Positions 49,921-63,670 are shown, counted from the stretch's first letter. The stretch: 64,000 nucleotides of DNA from Lepidodermella squamata (GCA_047495785.1 JBLDXI010000032.1:3782001-3846000), one strand, 5' to 3'. The notes: generated by a model from the sequence alone, not told the origin. Translations and numbers: made by a program.

Positions 49921-50819
49921 TCTTGCCGCCTCTCCCTCTCCCTCTATCCTTTGCTTTCTCTTCTCTCTTCCCTTCTTCTTCCTCCCATTCTCCCTCGCTG
50001 TGTTTACGTGCCTGTCTGCTTTCGATAAATCATCCATCACCCCGCCCACTTGTGTCCACAGCGCACTGCCGCCGGCAAGCGCATATAATCTCGCGACCCC
50101 GCGTCATTGATATCTTTACTTATTTTGTCTCCCATATCAATGAACAATAAATATTTGAATTTAGAATTTAGAGTTGAAGGAAACGAAACTTCTAGAGCAA
50201 ATTTCTGAATTCAACACCGAGAAGGAGGCTCTTGTCGCTAAAATTGCCGAGTTGGAAAAAAATCTTCGGTTGATACTACCCAACAAGATCCAGCGCAAAT
50301 TTCAGAATTAGAGGTTGAAGTTGCTCGCTTGAACAAAGAATCAGCCGAAAAAGCCGAAGAATTCGATAGCAATCGGCAAGAAATCGACGCGTTGTTTGAA
50401 GAGAATCGCGATTTGAAGGCGAAATTCAAGAAACTCGAGGAAGATCTCGCTGAAAAATCGGCGAAATTCAACGAAAAATGCGAGCAATTTTCAGTTCTCG
50501 AGTCTGATACCGAGTTGCCGCGTCAACAAATTTCTGTCGCTGATCAGGAACGGAAAATCTATATTAAGGAGTTGAAAGATGCTGGGCAAGAAGCTGCGAG
50601 GACTAAAATTCAACTCGAGAAACTGCAGGCGTTAATTTCAACTCAGACGAATGAAGTCGCTTGTAATACCCCGCCGGCTAGTACCGCGAACGAATCGCGC
50701 ACTTTTGTCAACACCGCGACCTACGGCGTTTCTTCTCCTCCTTCACCTAACAGAAAGATATAATTTCCCTGATTCGCTGATTTTAAGTCAACCATGCGTC
50801 GACAAGAAGCTGGCCAGGC

Positions 50820-52200
50820 TTGGAAATAAAGACCAATTCAGGCGGTCACTGTTACATTGGTGCATCGACCGGGAAAACTGACGAAAACTGGCCAGCGACA
50901 GTCCTCTACTACTACGCCACTACTCAAGACCAGTATCGGGTAGCTGCCAGGGGCAGTTTTCGCGACAGTACCCGCGCCCTCTGTCGTCGACGTCAAGTGC
51001 CTACTCAACCTCGCCCGTTCGCATCGTCAAGCGACAGTCCCCACCCGCCCCGCGTAACCAGACGCCGCAGCAACAGCCGTCCTACAGCTCGAGCTCCTAT
51101 ACTACCCTGATGGCCCGCTGAGGATGCGGATGTCGACGCAGACGACGAGCATCGCGAAGCGCTACAACGTCCCGGCAACAACATCGTCTCCACCGATATA
51201 GCCTCATCGACGCTGATCGGCCTGATAGTTGTTACGATGTAACAGATGGCTTATTTGGTGGTGTCCAAGAAACAGGCGGTGATCAAAGCACCTGTGACGT
51301 TGGGAAGAAGATGAGCGGCGCTTCTATTTTATGACCACGCTGCTTCCGGGTGAGAATATTGCTGATCGGGCCGAGTAAGATGCAAGTGTTATCAACGCGG
51401 TGCGGCGCTCAAGGTGGGACAACAAGGCCTCAGCGAAACGCAGGGTGTCAAGATGCCTATCAAGACTATCGAGAAGTTCCTTGACCTGGCGTCACTCTAT
51501 AGCTTGCTACCTCCGCTTTGTTGCTGATAATCTATGTAATGAAGTTTAACGAAGAATGTCAAGCAGATCTTGGGTTTGTGCGGCCGTTCAAATTTATACG
51601 GCCGAGGGGATGTGTGATCGCATTTTCGCCCATGTTGATGTTTACCTGGAGCCAGAGCGGATGTCTGGCTAATCGCATCGCAAATTTTTACATCGTATTT
51701 ATTTCGCCGCCTGTGGAGAATATGAGGCGGAGAAAAGCGCTTTTTGTGCTAGAATATGTGCTAGACAGGGCGATTGCGAAAACAGCCAATGTCTAATGTG
51801 CATGTGTTCGCGTGACACTGCCTTAATTGTTTGACACGCTCGGGGTGTCATTGCGGCGTCGACGAGTGACTCGGCGAGTGTGCCAGCTTCTAAATCGAAA
51901 TTTAAATTTATCGTCCATCGTCCTTTAGTAATCACATATAACAATTACTTCGTTCGTTCAATACAATTAACAACTGAGGGTTCATGCTGGCTAGACGACA
52001 CGCGCTCGCATTTATCATCAACAACAGTGGCGCAAGGTGCGGTGCATAGGCGAAGGGACGACTAAAGTGAAGAGTGCAAATTGGTGCGAAACCAGCGCCG
52101 GCTTTGCTACAGCGGCTTCATCTGCGTCAACTGTGCAACCTCTACACCACTCGCACCGTATTTGTCGTGTCGTGCGCTGGTCGACACGAGCGCTGTTGTA
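50820..52200 (+). mobile_element. Second Gypsy remnant: LTR 3' end, tRNA-Gly PBS, degenerate gag/protease
   Basis: TTGGAAATAAAGACCAATTCAGGCG.TCACTGTTACA-T-TGGTGCATCGACCGGGAA, near-identical to 32759-32813; ALVDTSAVV at ~52175. Confidence 0.7.
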
Positions 52201-54129
52201 GTGGCGTAACAGCCATGGACTCCGTCCGGTAACTCCAAAGGTGCTGGATACCACAATTATGGCCCATATTGCGGCAATGGCTAGTTTATACCCGCACAGA
52301 GCTACCTGAGCCAGCAGTTCAATTTGTGGTTCAAAATTTGATTATCGATCTTTGAGCAGCCGTTCTTCTGTCTTCGCCTGGTCCAGCTGATCGGCGGATG
52401 AGGTGTCGGCTCACCTAACAGAAAGATATAATTTCCCTGATTCGCTGATTTGAGTCAGCCATGCGTCGACAAGAAGCTGGCCAGGCTTGGTCGGGGCTTA
52501 AGTTCGACTTTTTCTAGTTTCACGTGGACTCCGAACTTTTTAACGTAATCATGACGCGTGCCGGACATTAAGCTAGGCTTAGGTCAAGAAGATTCCTCGC
52601 GAGCGAAATACGCAACCACTCATTGGTAAAAAGCTATCGGAAAATATGTCCAGTTCTGTGACACCGCATCATGTGAGATGGATCCACCCCTTGATTCCGC
52701 AGATTCCGCCGATTTATGAAGCCTTTATCGTTCACTTCGGAAACATCTTGCGTTATTCGTGGAACATGGGGCAGCTATGGTCTACATGTGAGAAACTTGT
52801 CTTTGCGGACAAAAATGCTCTGAACCTGTTACTTTTTGTATACTTGAGATGTTTGTATCAGGGCGAAAGTCATGCAACGTAAGAAAACAGATGCTCTGTC
52901 TTCAGCAGGTAAGCTGTCAGGTGTAAGCTGTCTTCAGATTTTCATCGCCATAAAAATTCTGTCAGGCAATAATATTGATAATCTTCACCGTTATTTCTCT
53001 TTGCGTTTCGAATCTCGTCTGGCTATACCGGCACTGATGCCGCTATATCTTTGAAGTTTCGGGAAATGCTGAAGCGATTAAAAAATTTTTTGCCGAAGCT
53101 TATAATAATAAATAATTCCCTTTTCTGTCTGATTTCAAACTGCATTCAAATTATTTAGATATCTACTGATTCAGTTTATTATTATGATTTGCCGTATCGA
53201 GGAAAAGCCGATAGTTAGAGCTGTTTTATACATTAATATACCGGCTGTTTGAACAATGACTTTCGGATGTTCGAAATGGGTAATAATCCGATTGTGCGGA
53301 AATTCGCTAATGCAGCGGCTATCTTAAGAAAAACGGTGATGTTTTGTGTGAAAATATTTCCTGTAAGCCTGACCTGCATCACCTGTAAAATTCGTGAAGC
53401 TACTGTTAAAAATAATTGGCTAACATATCTTTATAGAAAAAATCGATTGCCCGAAAAATAATTTCTTTTATCGCGCAGATACTGCGAGACGCAACGCACC
53501 AACGACTCGCTCGAATTCCTTTACCAGCTCTTTGAAGTAGTTGTTATTCATGTGGGCTTGTTGAAAGCGTTTGATACGGTGGCCATAACGTTGCTGCTTT
53601 CGCAACTTATCATCTGTGTTGATCTCTTCCTTTCGATTAAGGTCTTTCTTTCTGATCTTTTTTCCGTGTTTTTGTTAACTCGAAAACTTCTTGATATTCA
53701 CTTCGGATTTCAACTCCTGTGTGCTGAATTTGATAATTAAATTATTTGCGGATGACAGCAAGCTATGTATTATATAAAACATGGCTATCGGTGATTTATT
53801 CTCTTGATGCGCAATATCAACCGCATTTCTCAGGTCAAACTAGGGTCAGCTGCATTTAATTTTACGACTAACCGGTTGCTCTTCAGGATGTTAGTGCGGT
53901 AAAGGATCTGAAAATCGCTGTCGATGCTTCGCTCACCATCTATTTTGCTTCACTCCCTATTCCTCAATCTAAACCTCTGGCTCTATTTTCCACCAGAAAG
54001 CTAAAACCTTCTTTAATTCATACCCTAGAATCCGTTGGTCCTACATATATTGTATTACATATTACTATTGCACTTATTTTCTATCTAGAATAGGCGTTAT
54101 TAACTATTGTGCCCCTCACTCGATCCGTC

Positions 54130-55990
54130 ACAAACACACAACATACACTTCGAGCGGCTACTGGCGTTGCCGACGGCGCCACGCTTGACGGGTTCCTGGC
54201 CGACGAGTTCGTCACAATCGCTGTCATGCCAGCCGATCTCAACCGCGCTTCGGCGATGCACCGCCTAATTGTATTCTAATTAAAGCGCGCTGCGTCTCGA
54301 GGAGGTCAACGCTCCGTCGAACGAGAATGCGCTTATACGGGCACCGAACCGACAGTCGCAGCCACCGCATCTGGCCGATTAAGCAAAATTCGCCGCTCGA
54401 CTGTCCGCTCTGACCTCGACCGCGTGCCGTTTGCATGGTCTGCTGCATGGTGCTGTTGCGAGCACTCGTTCCTCGCTTCAAAGGCCGCGTTCCAGCTGCC
54501 GGGCATTCTCATCTTCCCGGAGGGTCGCAGCCGTCCGAGAACATGTGCGATACCTCCGACGTTAGATGTCCGTCTGCTCATGCAGGCTGGCGATGACAGT
54601 CTCGATCGCCTGGTTGCTGCGCATAGTCCCCTGCTTTCGTCCGAGCGGAAGAACCGGCCTTGAGAAGGATTTCCTCGCGATCGCGTTCTCGTGTGAACGC
54701 TTCCACGCTTGGCAACATTTTCGTCCTCGAAACCGATCACGAGGCGCTCCTGTGACTCCAGACCATCCGCGACCCCTGCAAGATAGCTCGAGCAGTTCTA
54801 CTAGAGTTCTACTAGGTTCTACTAGGGTCTCGGCCGTGTCAATCCAGCTGACGGCCTCTCGCGACCGCCCACCGAACTTAACGATGTTGGTTACGCCTAC
54901 GTTAGCCCCAACCTGTCGCTAGCCGACCGGTTTCGCCTAGACCTGGTTGAACTCCGAGCCGCCCAGTTAGCGACCCGGTCATCGGCCCCGTTCTACGTCA
55001 CCTCCACCTGGACGCGCCCCTGTCTCAGTCGTTCTAAGCCCCTTCGGCCCTCCTTCTTGGGGTAAATCTTCGTCTATCAACTGCTTAAAATTGTCCCTCG
55101 ATATCTTCAGCTGTATGTTTCCAAGTTTCGGGAACCAGTTCCTGCACGGCGAAGCGCTCGACCTGCTGATAGAAGCCTTCTCGAGGGACACCGTTAGCTT
55201 CTGAAGCGACACCAGGGACCGAGGGACACCAAGACGCGCTTCGCTGACCGGCTGCCAGTGGAGCATAAACTCCACTGGTCAACGCACGTTCTTCCATTGA
55301 CGCATTAAAGCTTGGAACGACACCCGCAGCATCGTGCGCAATCTCGGGTCTTCCGGAGCCGCTCTTCAAGCCACCTATCTAGTCGAGTTCGTCAAGGAGC
55401 AACTTGAGGCCTAGTCCTAACCTAACCTAAGGAGAAAGGAAAGATAATGCAGATGCTAATAAGGTAAGTGTTAGTTCATTTTCGTGGCATTTTCGTACAT
55501 AATCCCATAACGAATAGAATGTTAAGGGTAGAAACTCTCGCTAATTTTGCGAAGAAGTTAGATAAAACTGATAAAATTCCTGATTCGCTGATAAAATTCC
55601 TACTTGAATAGTTTTGCAACTGAAAGCAAGCAAAAAGTGGCCATATTTCGCTTGCGATCAGTCATCTCGGATATTTTACTACGAATAAATACCATGAGCG
55701 TTGGAAGCCTAAGAGTATTTGCTTCTTGCCTGTCCAAAAGTTTGAAGTGGGGGTTGAAACAAAATCCGACTACGATTTGACGAATTTCATCACTTATTCT
55801 TACCAAATTATTGTATTTTTAACATTTTAAGCTTGACGTAACCGATGTGTGATGGAAGTCGATGGAGTCGATTGGTGCATTTCCCACTTTGTATAAGCAA
55901 CGTGGATTTCCAATTGCTCTCGCCTTTGACAAGTCGGAAATCAAACCGTAAAATAAAACGTGTAATACTCCGATCATTCACACCATGGGG
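54130..55990 (+). mobile_element. Gypsy-like remnant joined to repeat family A LINE tail
   Basis: 54130-54250 matches 32880-32975; 54400-55080 matches 41040-41620; 55120-55990 matches 37330-37990. Confidence 0.55.
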
Positions 55991-58299
55991 CGTGTTAGCC
56001 TATTTTAAAAGCGATTTCATATCAGGAATCAAAGGCATGTAGGTTCACCTTTGTCAAATGTTACCGTCATACGTTATAGGGGATAGGTTTATAATCAAGC
56101 CGCTGTTATAATCAATTTCCATTTAATCTTAGTTTCCAAGCTTGATACGCCTAAACTGATGAAATTCGAACATCTGATTCCATGCAATTGATTCCGATGA
56201 ATGTTAAATAGGTCAGATTAATCATGCTATTGTCTAATTGGTAGCTTCGAACCGCGACCAGCCAAAGTAAAATATCGTTAGCTTTTCTCACTCACAAATT
56301 CAACCTCAAGCTCATTTTTTGTCGAAAGTTTCTGTCACCAAATAGACGACAAAACCATCGCTTTTAGGTAGCGGGGAGCGGTACAATTTTGTCAGGTACA
56401 ACTTTGACAACATTTTTTCTACCTGCTGGCCTACCTGGGTCTTTCATCATAAAATTCGTAAAAATGTGCGAAAAATTCCCGACCTCTTCTAGTTCAAGAA
56501 TATTCAATTATTTTTCCCGATTTCGATTCGATTATTGGCGATTGATTTTTCCGAACAATCAAAGTTCGGGCATGTTGAAAAAACGCACCTCAAGTGATTT
56601 CAGCCATGTCTAGTCATTTGAAAAGACAACAGCTGACGCTTAATAATTATTGCAAAACACCCTATTTTCGAACGATTGAAGATAGAGATAGGGTCGAAAT
56701 CGCTTGGCGGGTCTTAAATAACGAGAGTTTCTACTCTTATCATTCTAATCCATATGCTATTTTCTATGCTCCATCCGTATCATTTAATACCGTTTCGAGT
56801 GACTATTTGAATACGTTTTTCAGGTGTTATCGTGATCATTTCACGACGTGATCATCGGCCTGAACTGGTTGCTGTGTAATAATGCCGTAGTCGTTTGCTA
56901 CATCTCCGCTTTCGCGGTGTCGACTGGCGCCGTCTTTCGCCGCCGTTCGGGCCACTCAGTACCGTCGATGGCCGGTTGGTTAAAGGCCGCATGACTACGG
57001 CTCAACTCGCCCGCCTCGACCGCCACACATGCCTGCATGTCGATATTGGGTGTTGCTTGGACACCCTTTGACTCTCTGTCACTCCGCTCGGCATAGGCTG
57101 TTAAAGCCTCCAACCTCGACCCACTGGATGGAACAGCCCGTCCTTGTCTTGAGTGGCGACGAGCGCCGCGTTGTTCTCGGCAGTATCTGCTGCTCATGAA
57201 CCGGGCCGAGATCAACCTTACCGTTTGGCCCGTCTCGTTCGCCCCGCCTTCCGCGTCCGACTCGGTGCCGGACGACTTAGAAGACCTTAAATCTCGCTCA
57301 AAGATAGGTCTTAGTGACGCCGCCGCCATGCGTGCCGTACTAGTTGCGTTCGCGGCAGTGTTTAGCGACTGTCTGATGGACATCCAGCTGAAACAGCCGC
57401 TTTTCATCGACCGATCAGCGTGCCTCTCTGGTACCGAAATCAAGTCAAACAGCAAGCTAAACGTCAAAACAACAGCGGTTTCGTCTAATTTTAAATCAAC
57501 GGCTGTAGCTTTACCGTCCGAAATAACTGAAAGCTCTGAGTCAAGTCAAACAAGGGTCATCGATTTCAAACCAGGTAAACAATTTCTTTAATTTGATAGA
57601 ACCTATGTCGCTCCTGTGACTTTTTCGGAATTGATTTCTTACTTCCTTACTCGTAATGTTTCGCGCGCTAGACTTTGGTTTTATTTGCTGCGCAAGTATT
57701 TTAGCGAGGCTAAATGCGCGTTTTGTGTCGTTTTTGCGAATTTTCATGCGTTGTTATTTCGAATTGTGACGCATTTTGTTGGCCGATCAGTCAACGCTAT
57801 ATTCAGCGAAGAATTAGCCTTTGTCCACGTCGATATTAGCGGAAGAACATATTAACGCACCTGTTGATTCTGGGTCATGAGCTTCTTTCATTAATGAACA
57901 TGTCTCTGATGATCTATCGCTTAAGTATTCGATGAGTACTGATGTAGTGTGTTTTCATCGCTCTACTGCCTATGTTTGAAATACTTTCCCTATTCCTTCC
58001 CGATTTACTTATTCTGCTCAGGGCGTAAGGCGAATTTTTTCACGAGTCGAAGTTAATGAGATGGAGCGTTTTCGAAATTAGGAACAAACCGAGTGATCTA
58101 ACATTAGCAGAGCAAGGCCTGTAATTTTCAGGGATGTAATTCATGCGAGTTTTTTTTTACCTCATTTCAACCCATTTTTCTGCTGCAAGTGAGCATCAAC
58201 TAGTACCTCGCCGAGCGGAATTATAACCACCTTGAAGAGCGAAGCCGATTTACTGAAGCAATAGTAGTTACGCCGCTGATTATGATGTCGTGCTCTATT

Positions 58300-58990
58300 A
58301 TGGGCATCACTTTATTCTCGCTATTTAGTCGCGTGCTATTGTGGATTCGCTATTTCGGTTTAGCTATCGTGTCGGCCGGTCGTCTTTCGCTCAAATATTT
58401 GACGAGTACTTTCGTTTCGGGTTTTCTGGGCTCTACTGCATCTGCCTCAAATCCTTTCTCTTTTCCTTCCCGATTTATACTGCTTCTGGCGTAGCCATTT
58501 TCCTCTCGATTTTTGTTGACCACAAAATATTTAATTCTCTCACTATTCGTGGCAATTATAATCTACCGAAAGATGATGATAGTCTAAATTGCCTCTGTTC
58601 CGCTCGAATTTGTCCACCCTTGGTTTACAATCTGCTTAAGTGCAGATGGCTGAAGATTCCATCGAAAAACGCTCTTTCTTTCGATCGAGGATTGTTTGAG
58701 TTTGTTGCCATGTGCCATTTAATTTATGAAAGCCGGCGCTCAATTTCAGCGTTTGATGGTTATCGTTTTCGTTTCAGCCAGTTTAATTTGGATGTTTTTC
58801 CTCGTTTACTTGGATGATATTATCTAATTTAGTTCGAATGAAGATGAATGAATTCCGCGTTTGCGTAACATGTTCGAGCGACTACGTCGCCATAGCCTAA
58901 AATTGAAGCCTTGCAAATGTTTCTTTTCCGTCAAATTAAATATTTGGGACATATTGTTTCTGAAAATGGTCTCGAACCTGACATTGTCCG
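58300..58990 (+). pseudogene. Degenerate Gypsy reverse transcriptase fragment
   Basis: GLFEFVAM-PF..., VYLDDII at ~58804, LRNMFERLRRHSLKLKPCKCFF, KYLGHIVSENG. Confidence 0.7.
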
Positions 58991-60250
58991 TTTTTATTGA
59001 ATTGTCCTTGCTTACGCTTTCTGTTTCATTAGACGGGCTAGGCTCTTCGCCGCTCGTTTTCACCCGGCTGACTGCTTTGTTCTTGCCATTTTGACACTAA
59101 CTGGGTCATATTCAAGCGGCTTGTCTTAGTCGTCAAAGGGCTGGGATCGACACGCATCTACTTTTACTCAACCCGTCAATTCGTAAAATTCGTGCTCAGA
59201 GTGGCCGCTCACTTCAGGTGATCGATGGTGAATCGAACTCAAATGACGCCATTTTCAGTCGTTTTTGTGTCAAATCAGTTAGTCCAGCTCGAAATTGACT
59301 GTGGGGTGACATTTATTTAGACTGAGTTTAGAAGCAAATCGGTTCTCATGCTCTTGAACCCTGCAACACGAGATTCGCAAGTGCATCGAATCACCCGATA
59401 CCCGATACCGTTTCGGGCAAAGTCGTCTTGCCGGCGTTCCTGGTCGGCAAAACGCTTCGGACGTTTTGTTTCATGTTTCTGCACATCTTAATCTGCTTGG
59501 TCATATTGGAATCCTTCAGTTGAATTTATTTATTGATCAGTTGCTAGGAATAATATCTGGTACTTCTTCACCTCGACATGTTTCGAAGCTTGAGCCGGAG
59601 TAGGAGCCGCTCCAACAGACGAGGGTTATTATTGTTATTAATATCTTCTCAGCGTTCTCATTCTGAGCCAACTCTGGCTACTTGAAACTTCGGCTTCTGC
59701 GATGCAGTGCTAGGCGCCGCCTCAAAAACTGCCCTTAACATGCTGGATAAAGCTCAACGAGCTGGAATCCGAGCTCGCTGCTGAAGCCGTTTCAGTTCTC
59801 CGTTGGCTCACTTCTCCTGGACCTTCAATTTTCGCTCTGCGGACGAAGAAACGTCCACATTATCCAACTCATGTGGCAGTTCCTTCACGGCAAAGCGCCC
59901 GACCGCTGATAGAAGCCTTCTCGAGGGACACCGTTTGCTACACTAGAACGCGCTTCAATGACACTGACATCTTGTTAGCGGAATGTAAACACCACTGGTC
60001 AACGCAAGTTCTTCCATCCCCGCATTAAAGCTTGAAACGACACAGCAGCATCGTGCGCAAACTCGAGCCCACCAGAGCCACTCGTCAAGCCGCCTGTCTT
60101 GTCGAGTTCGTCAAGGAGCAACTGGATCATTGAATTGAATTAGAGCCCTAGCTTTTATTTTTTTTCTCCATATATTTGTTACTTAGATTTGAGATTCTCT
60201 TTCAAGAGCACCCTTGAAAACCATCACTTTTGATCAACGGGTTCCTCTAA
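58985..60250 (+). mobile_element. Repeat family A L2-like LINE 3' region (longest copy)
   Basis: Alignable to 30395-31310 and 42520-43140. Confidence 0.65.
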
Positions 60251-60252
60251 TA

Positions 60253-60347
60253 CCGTATTTTATCGAATAAGTAACCTGGGATACTAATTGTTTCCGAACT
60301 CGAAAAATAGTGGAAAAATTTCGGGGCTATTATTCGATAAAATACGG
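60253..60347. mobile_element. 95-bp pogo/Tigger-like MITE with perfect 18-bp TIRs and TA TSD
   Basis: TA|CCGTATTTTATCGAATAA ... TTATTCGATAAAATACGG|TA; a truncated copy lies at ~43146-43226. Confidence 0.85.
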
Positions 60348-60899
60348 TATCTCAACATTCAACCCAAGAATATCACCAGTAATGGTGACTGGGTTTTAAC
60401 TCAATTGAAAATTAGTCATTTATTTTTTCAAGAGTTTCATGTGGCGGTGACAGGTTGTAGTCCCGCCACGCTCCATTGAACAAGCGATTCGCGGTCGCGT
60501 GCGCTGCCCCTCTCTTATCATTTTGTTTAACTTCTTTCATTTTTTCATAGTAACATTTATATAGAACATTTATATATATATATTTGTTAGTTATTCCTTG
60601 CGTCGGTCCGCGCCTTCACATTGCCTTCCTGTCCAGCGGCATCGGTAATTACTATGCTATGTTCACCAGTTCACGCCTTCTCATGTCGCCCTTCTGTAAG
60701 TTAGACCCAAGCATAACTTACATACACTGCCCGCTCTCATCGCCTATCACGTGATCGGTATGTTCCCAACGTTATTTCTGTTTCTCCGTCATACAATATT
60801 TTATCGTCAGGACGCGCTTACCTATCACTTGTCTGCCTCTGCCCATTCTGCCGCCTCGACTTTTTATTGTCAGAACCCGGTATGCCGATCCGCTTAATT

Positions 60900-63320
60900 C
60901 CTTTGAACGCTCATTTAAACATTTGCTTTGTACAGGGCAACCCGCCTGGCGCGCAGAACGCAAGCTTCTATGGCGGATGCTTGCCATTGACCCGTTAGCT
61001 CGGCAATATCGCGACCCTTCGCCTCAGCGGCCACGGTCCAGTTCACTGAAATACGGATCTTCAACCCGATATGACTCGGCCGCGACCGCAGCCGTCCCGT
61101 CGTCGCGGATAAACTTCGCCCCGTCTAGCATCGCGTCAGCATTGGCGGCACCTATCGAGCTGAAGGACCTGCTAGAGAAGCAGTGCGTGAACGTTATCCA
61201 ACCATCGTACCGCATCTCACTTTCGCGGCCCGATGCCGCGAGACTCTGAAGGATCTGAACCCGGAATCGACCCCGGAGGTCATCAAGCAATCTAACGGGC
61301 TACTAAACGAGAAGTGCAAGGCGGTACCGAGTAGCCTTCTCGCCGCATCTCGGGTGCCAGTGACCATCGTCCAGTTATTCAAGGAGCTTCAACGGCGCGT
61401 CCCGTCTACGGCCCTGGAGGAAAGGCCGAAACAGGGCGCCGACGAATCGGTTGTTATCTTCGGCGACACTTGCCGGCGCCACATGAAGCAAACCCACCCG
61501 GAACTCCCAGAGGAAGCCGTCGACGAGTTGGCCGCTCAGCTTTTCATCGATGGGCTCCGTCCGGGCGAACCCCTGAACCGCGCTCTTCAGCGGTAGGAGG
61601 AGTTTAAGGCGGACTGTTGTTACCCCCCGCGATTACCGGTACTGGTCAACTGGGTCGCAGCCGTCGAACGAGCCGAGTTGCGACTCGTTGCCGACGATAC
61701 GAAGACGAAGTCGAAGCCGGCCATCACCATCGCGCCGGTCGAAGTGGCGCCCAGCGAGAATGTAATGAGTCCGCCTCGGCACAAGGGCGCAAACCAGCCT
61801 TCGCAGTGCCAGGCGCAACAGTAACGGCCACCGCATGCACAACAACAGTTTGCCGGTTCGTTTCAGCCCTATCACCTGCTGGGTTCCTCGCAACCGCCGC
61901 CTCCCATCTACGGTCAAGGCCAGGTCACGCACGCCCAACATCAGGCTATACAGGCGTTACAGCAGCCGCCCCAGTTCGCTCACCAACCTGGCACGGCCGA
62001 TGGCTACAACATGGAGGCGTTCCAGCAACGACCGCCTAGTTCGTAACCGCCGCCGTTCTGTCCCGCCGTGGCCTGAAGACATCAGCCAGATGGCCCATTA
62101 CCACCAGCTCTACGTTTGCTGGCGTTGCGGCGCAGCGGACCATAGCTTTCGGGACTTTGTTTGCCCCAGGATGCCGGCCCAGGTTAAGGCAATGAACATC
62201 TCAGTCAAACTAGAAGGGCAGACGGGCCTGGTGGCCACCCATTCTTGCTATGGCCTCCTGATGCTGCGATTGCCACCTTATCCGCTGCCCTTGACGTGCT
62301 GCGTCTTCACCGTTGCCGAGCACGCCGTCTCGGGCCTGTTGGATACCGGCGCTAACGCGACCATCGTCACGCTGGAACTCTGCACCTTTCTCGGTCTACC
62401 TATACAGCCGCTGGCACACAATGTCGTCATGCGCACTGGCGATGGCCGTCTTGTCGATCCCGGATACATCCTCCGCACCGCCTTGTTGCCATTGGCCGTT
62501 TCCTCGGACGAGTCCCATTTTCACCGGCCTTCGTGCTGTCCAATTCTAGCCACACCCTTATCATAGGACTCGACTGGCTTCTCCGGCGCCAGGCGATCAT
62601 CGACCTACGTCGCCTCATGCTAGTGGGCACAACCTGAAAGTTACCCATCACCCTTGCGCCGCCCGCCGGTCCTCGCTGGGCCGCCGTCTGCGTCGAAAAC
62701 CTGCCCGGCCTCGATACCGGAGTACTCGTTAACGAACACATGACTGCTGCTCGCATCAGCACTAGCGCGCCGACTTCGACGGCTACCCCGGCGTGCATGT
62801 CCATGCTATGTGCTGCCTGGGCGCCGTTCGAGCCCGACTCTTCGCCTCGCCTGTCCTCGTCGACCGGCCGCGTCATGCCTTTAGGCCTGGGCTTCGTCCG
62901 CCTCGACACGGCTACTCACTCAGCGAGTCGGTTCTTGAAAGCGACCGTCATTGCTTGACCGTTGGTGGCACGGTATTGTTCACGACCCGCGCCGAGTTCA
63001 ACCTTGCCTCGGGTCAGCTCTCCATCGCGCCGCCCAGCCAATCCGAATCGTTTCCCGGCGATGTTCGCGCGCTTATCGATCGCTCGGTTGTGGGGCTGAA
63101 CCCTGAGGATGGCGCCGCGCTCCGACTGCTCCTCGCCGAGTTCGCGCCGATCTTCAGCGACAGCTCGATGAGCATTCGCCTGAAGCAGCCCCTGCTGATT
63201 GAGACGACGGCTACGAAGACGAACAACATGCCTCGCCGCTACATGGGCCGCGCAAGAAGTCCGAAATGCGTAAGCACCTCCGATTCTTGCGCGAGCGTGG
63301 CCTGATCGACCCCGTTGTTG
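60900..63320 (+). mobile_element. Degenerate Gypsy gag-protease region, truncated before RT
   Basis: PKQGADESVVIFGD...AAQLFIDGL (gag), CWRCGAADH knuckle, TCAAAC-TAG gag end, GLLDTGANATIV protease, LRLLLAEFAPIFSD pre-RT linker. 62700-63200 is paralogous to 56960-57410. Confidence 0.72.
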
Positions 63321-63590
63321 CTCATGTCCTGATTGTTTTCGCGTAGGTAATTGGTCTTGTTACCTATAATTTTGGTCTATTTCACTGATGAATTCAACCT
63401 GACTTTATTAAAAAAATTGAGAAAAAAATTGTAAATGAAAAAATCCGTGCGCCAACGGAATCAAACGCGTGAAGTTAATGTTAAAAGCATAAACTCCACG
63501 AGCCACTGGTGACCACACAACTATGATCAATAGGTTTTTCTTAATTCTTAATCCACTGAAATACCAAAATTGAGCATCTTGATTTATCCA

Positions 63591-63670
63591 GCGCTCGTAG
63601 TCTAGTGGATAGATTGCTGCTTAGGTGGCAGGGAATCATTAATCATTAGTTCGATGCCTGGGCGTTTGGT
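63591..63670 (+). other. Degenerate tRNA-like sequence (possible SINE head)
   Basis: GCGCTCGTAGTCTAGTGGATAG (A-box-like) and AGTTCGATGCC (B-box-like); no clean cloverleaf. Confidence 0.3.

Larger units (their letters stand above)
45390..50160 (+). mobile_element. Apparently full-length Jockey/I-group non-LTR retrotransposon
   Basis: Two intact overlapping ORFs, short 5' UTR, pyrimidine-rich 3' UTR and AATAAA at ~50146. Visibly GC-richer than flanks. Ends approximate, no clear TSD. Confidence 0.9.
43500..50763 (+). pseudogene. CENPE: Kinesin-7 (CENP-E-like) unprocessed pseudogene, 5'-truncated, interrupted by a LINE at ~45390-50160
   Basis: Exons read [93 protein letters not shown], then coiled-coil sequence. 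Short GT-AG introns retained; several frameshifts and stops; no P-loop exon seen. Confidence 0.75.

Noticed and set aside
60456-60960. Possible 5' LTR and PBS for the last Gypsy remnant
   Set aside because: No convincing inverted termini, partner LTR or tRNA match.
62700-62730. Second LDTG motif suggesting a tandem double protease
   Set aside because: The paralogous copy at ~56965 reads TVDGRLV here, so the motif is not conserved.
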